DNA of 64,000 nt, taken from positions 97,588,001 to 97,652,000 of the forward strand of contig OZ038378.1 in NCBI GenBank assembly GCA_964036045.1. The letters run 5' to 3'. Every line of letters starts with the position of its first letter. Positions within the stretch are counted from its first letter, which is position 1. The notes beneath the pieces are model-generated. The model searched no databases and was not told the DNA's origin. It saw nothing but the letters and a program-made list of their open reading frames with translations. The position numbers were made by a program, and so were the translations under genes. Origin of the DNA: Eutreptiella sp. 'Long Island Sound 2002' (lineage: Eukaryota > Protista > Euglenida). This document shows, piece by piece, positions 60,700 through 64,000 of this stretch.

Positions 60700-63612
60700 C
60701 AAGCCCACTGTGGAAAACGCTCCCTTTCCATTCCCAAATGTCTAGTACCCTTGCCAGTGGAATGAACAATATGGGTCACTGCATACAAATGCTTCTGGAA
60801 ATCTCTTGTTCTCTATTTCAATCCAAGGGCCTCTTTGGCATGATGTACTAACTGAGCGCGGTGTCCAAAAGGCTTGTCATACCCTTGAAAGTCCTCAGGG
60901 CGAAGCAATGTAATGGCCCTAACATTACCAAAGCCATCTGAGTGTAATTTGGAACAATACTGCCTGATGGATGTGGGAGCTGCAGCTCAAAACCAGTCCC
61001 ACAGTTGGTCCAATAGACAATAACATGACACAACTGACATGTGGAATAATGCATGCAGAGGGAATTGAACCAAAGAATGCCTCACCAACTGAGCTACAAC
61101 TGAGAGCTTGTAGATAAGCGGAACAGAGCGTTCTTAGCTTGACATGATGTCTAGAAAAAGCGCAAATCCAGCGCACTCCCTTCAACTGCCCAAAAATCCA
61201 CTGCAAAGTAGACAGCTGGCTTGTAAGTAAGCAAGTAGCAGTTAGAGTCAAAGTGTAGTAGGTCAGGCAATTATGTTGCACAAGCGCACCTGCATGCCAG
61301 TGGCGGTGTCGAGGATCTTCCCTTTGACGTTGTGAGCAGTACCGCGCAACAGAGGCTTTGCCTCAAAGTTAATCACAGCCTGGAGCTTCGACGCAGAACA
61401 GTCCACTGAGGACTCCCCCACAAGCTCCGTAAATCCCCGAACCACCCGAACTGCGAGGGACGGGGGTCGCATGTCATACTGCTCTGCCCCGAACCTGATG
61501 AAGCGGTACCCATGCGGCACACCAAAGATGCTGGAGCCCCAGAATTGCTCTTCGATCCCAAGGCTGCTGCTGCTGTACAGTCCCTTGGCCTCATTCACAA
61601 TCACCGCTGCCACCGTCGGCCACTGGGCCAAGATCTGAGCAGCACAGCACGTACAATGCCAACAGAGCGAAATCACAGCACTGCAGTGGAACTACAACAA
61701 GCCAACGAGCATGTATGACGAGACAAGCAAGCAAGAATCGCGAGCAACATCGCACATCAGGTGGCTGTTGTGAAAAAGCCACCAGAGTTGTGGTGAGTTT
61801 TGCCAGTTTGGCAACAGATGGTCTCTTACCATCTGTTGCACGGCTGTGTCTTTGTTGTGCTGCTCTGGCAGCACTGACACCAACCTTTGCAATTCAGGGT
61901 TGAACTGGGGCAAGTATGTTTTTCTTTTGTTTCAATTTTGTGAATTGTGTAAAAATATTGCACAACTTCGCATTATTTGTAAGTGTACATAGGGCTGAAC
62001 GGCTGCGGTGCACATGGAGCAGAATGGACCGCTCTTTGGAGAGAATGAGAGAAAGAGAGGGGGGGGGGGGGTATGTTGTTTACAGTCCAACTAAACCGTC
62101 CGAGAGGTTGACTCGCACGTCATCTTTCAATTTGCTGCTACTGCACAACCGAATGCCACCTGAGTCGCCCAGGCGAGCTATATAGGATGCAGGTTGCAGC
62201 CCTGTTAGAGCACATGCTGTATATTTCACCCTTCGCGTCACCCTCATTTGGGATCTCATGCAGGCTGATTAGTTCAGGGGTTTACAAGGATTTGGCCACC
62301 GGCATTGAGATGTAAAGCGTGTTTTACCAGAGGGAAATGTACTGAAGGACTATAAATTCTGCTCCAAAAATGAATTGCCTGCAGACCCGAAATGGATGCA
62401 TGTTGCATGTCAATGCAAATTGTGCCTTGTGTATTCATTTTTTTTTCTCCCACTCAAACTGTCCATCCAGTTCACAGTGAGCTCTCGGGCAACAGCCCGG
62501 ATCAAGGAGTAGGGCTTACAGTACAAACGAGCGCCCCACATGCTCACGTGTTCCAGTGCCACCTGGTGGACCTACTCTGTTCACTAACTGGGTAATGAAA
62601 TCTATATTCTGCCTTCTGTATTCATTTTACATGTTGCTTGGATTCTAATTTTGAAGACGTTTCATGTGTGGTAAATTTGTACAATTTTAATTCCCTGTGC
62701 AAATTGTTGTTGTTTTCAGATATTGTTTGGCTTATAATATTGTTACTGTGCCTTTACATTTTCATTGTAAAATTGGAAATTTTAAATATGCACCACAATT
62801 TCACCATTGTAAAACAACCCCTCCAAAAATGGGGTAGAATTGGGGTCTTGGTGTCCAAGCAGCAAAGTGGTTGCAGTGATGGCCATTACCGTGCACGCTG
62901 AAATCGAATTGCATGCAAATCCACATTCACAGACAGCACAGCACAACCCTGCATCCCTGTCAAGGGGGGAAGGGGTCAGATATCCTGCTTAAAACCTACC
63001 CCAGAGCCAAATCTAAAAAGGGGAGGTGGGGGGGGGGGCGGGTTCTAGGGGGGTTTTCCGATGCGCAGGGTATCGTCCGCGGGAAGGGCACCCCAGCCCC
63101 CCACCTCCCAGCCCCGCTTAGCGGACCCAAAATGGGGCCGTTGGCCTAAGGGGTGAGCATACATGCACACCAAATGAAATACATTCCGGTTCTCGTATAG
63201 TGACGGGCACCTCCGTACAGTTGGGTATGCGGCCCAGGTGTGATCTAACAATTCACACCGCCCCTACCCACGTGTACGGTAGGGTTTCATCGGCTTGGGT
63301 ATTTCCGGCCATGGGTACCAGAAACCTCAAGAGTGTGGGTCTCCGAGGCGGTCATTGGGTTCAAAATACACCATGGGTTCAGAAATACACCATGGGGTGA
63401 GCAATGCATCAAGGCGAGGGCGTAAAAGAAGGTGAGTGTGTGATACTATACTGGCTGGCTAACGCAACTCGGCAGGCGCTTAAGGCTATGGCAGGCTCGG
63501 CCTCCCTCCCCGCGCCATTGTGTGGGCCTTCTAGTCCTTGTGTGGATGTTGCTAAAGGAGAAGGAGAGGGAGAGGGAGGAGGTGTGCGGGGAAGAGGATG
63601 TATTAGTCTGTG

Positions 63613-63614
<2 letters not shown>

Positions 63615-63645
<31 letters not shown>
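63615..63645. repeat. (GT)n microsatellite
   Basis: Direct reading. Confidence 0.95.
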
Positions 63646-63646
<1 letters not shown>

Positions 63647-63650
63647 CAGC

Positions 63651-64000
63651 CTACTTCTTGCGCCCAGGTGTCTTCACTGTGTATTGCGTTTTAGCATTGT
63701 GCATAGGAGTGGTAATGGACCGCTTCGTGCCCTTGGCTTTCACAGCTTCCCTTTTGGGGAAAAGTTCCACCCCGGAAGAAGAGGACGACAAGGAGCTATT
63801 ACCATCTTCCAAAGATGCCGAACTCTCATCACCACTGGACGAATCAAGATCTGCAGCAGACCCTGATTCCGTGGAGCTTGCATCCTCCTCTGGTCTCCAT
63901 TCCCAATCCCGGGGGCCAAGAGAGGCTTCAGAGTAAGATGCACCCCCGTTGTCAACCGCTTGTGCCCCCTTCAAAGTGATCTTGGGCCTCATCAACCCGG
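63651..64000 (-). CDS. Possible 3' end of a gene running off the window (Ser/Asp/Glu-rich tail)
   Basis: Open frame to the edge with EEDASSTESGSAADLDSSSGDESS then a basic tail; no family recognised. Confidence 0.3.
   Translation of the reverse strand, partial: GLMRPKITLKGAQAVDNGGASYSEASLGPRDWEWRPEEDASSTESGSAADLDSSSGDESSASLEDGNSSLSSSSSGVELFPKREAVKAKGTKRSITTPMHNAKTQYTVKTPGRKK

Overview
Eukaryotic, transposon-saturated DNA with no intact host gene, rRNA, convincing tRNA or CRISPR array. The long G/C homopolymers and repeat style suggest a protist, possibly a euglenid, but this is a weak inference. The main result is two divergent copies of one large cut-and-paste DNA transposon family: A at 1165-9386 and B at 20188-27599. 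Each has 21-bp terminal inverted repeats starting CTTAG and a target-site duplication (CCTAAA, 6 bp; GTGTT, 5 bp). Each carries a decayed DDE-like transposase that I cannot assign firmly (Academ/DUF6589-like by motif pattern) and a second large conserved ORF of unknown function. Each copy is also studded with its own short palindrome: TTTGCGCTCTGCAGAGCGCAAA x18 in A and GCGAAATTTCGC x7 in B. The rest of the window holds two KDZ-like transposase relics and a multi-ORF cluster whose ORFs are each preceded by arrays resembling 3' splice acceptors. It also holds several RT/RNase H/CCHC non-LTR retroelement fragments (two with exact TSDs), two Penelope-like RT relics, a 94-bp satellite, a microsatellite-rich foldback and a reconstructable 2.3-kb inversion. 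All protein calls are by-eye motif comparisons on frameshifted pseudogenes; no database searches were run.
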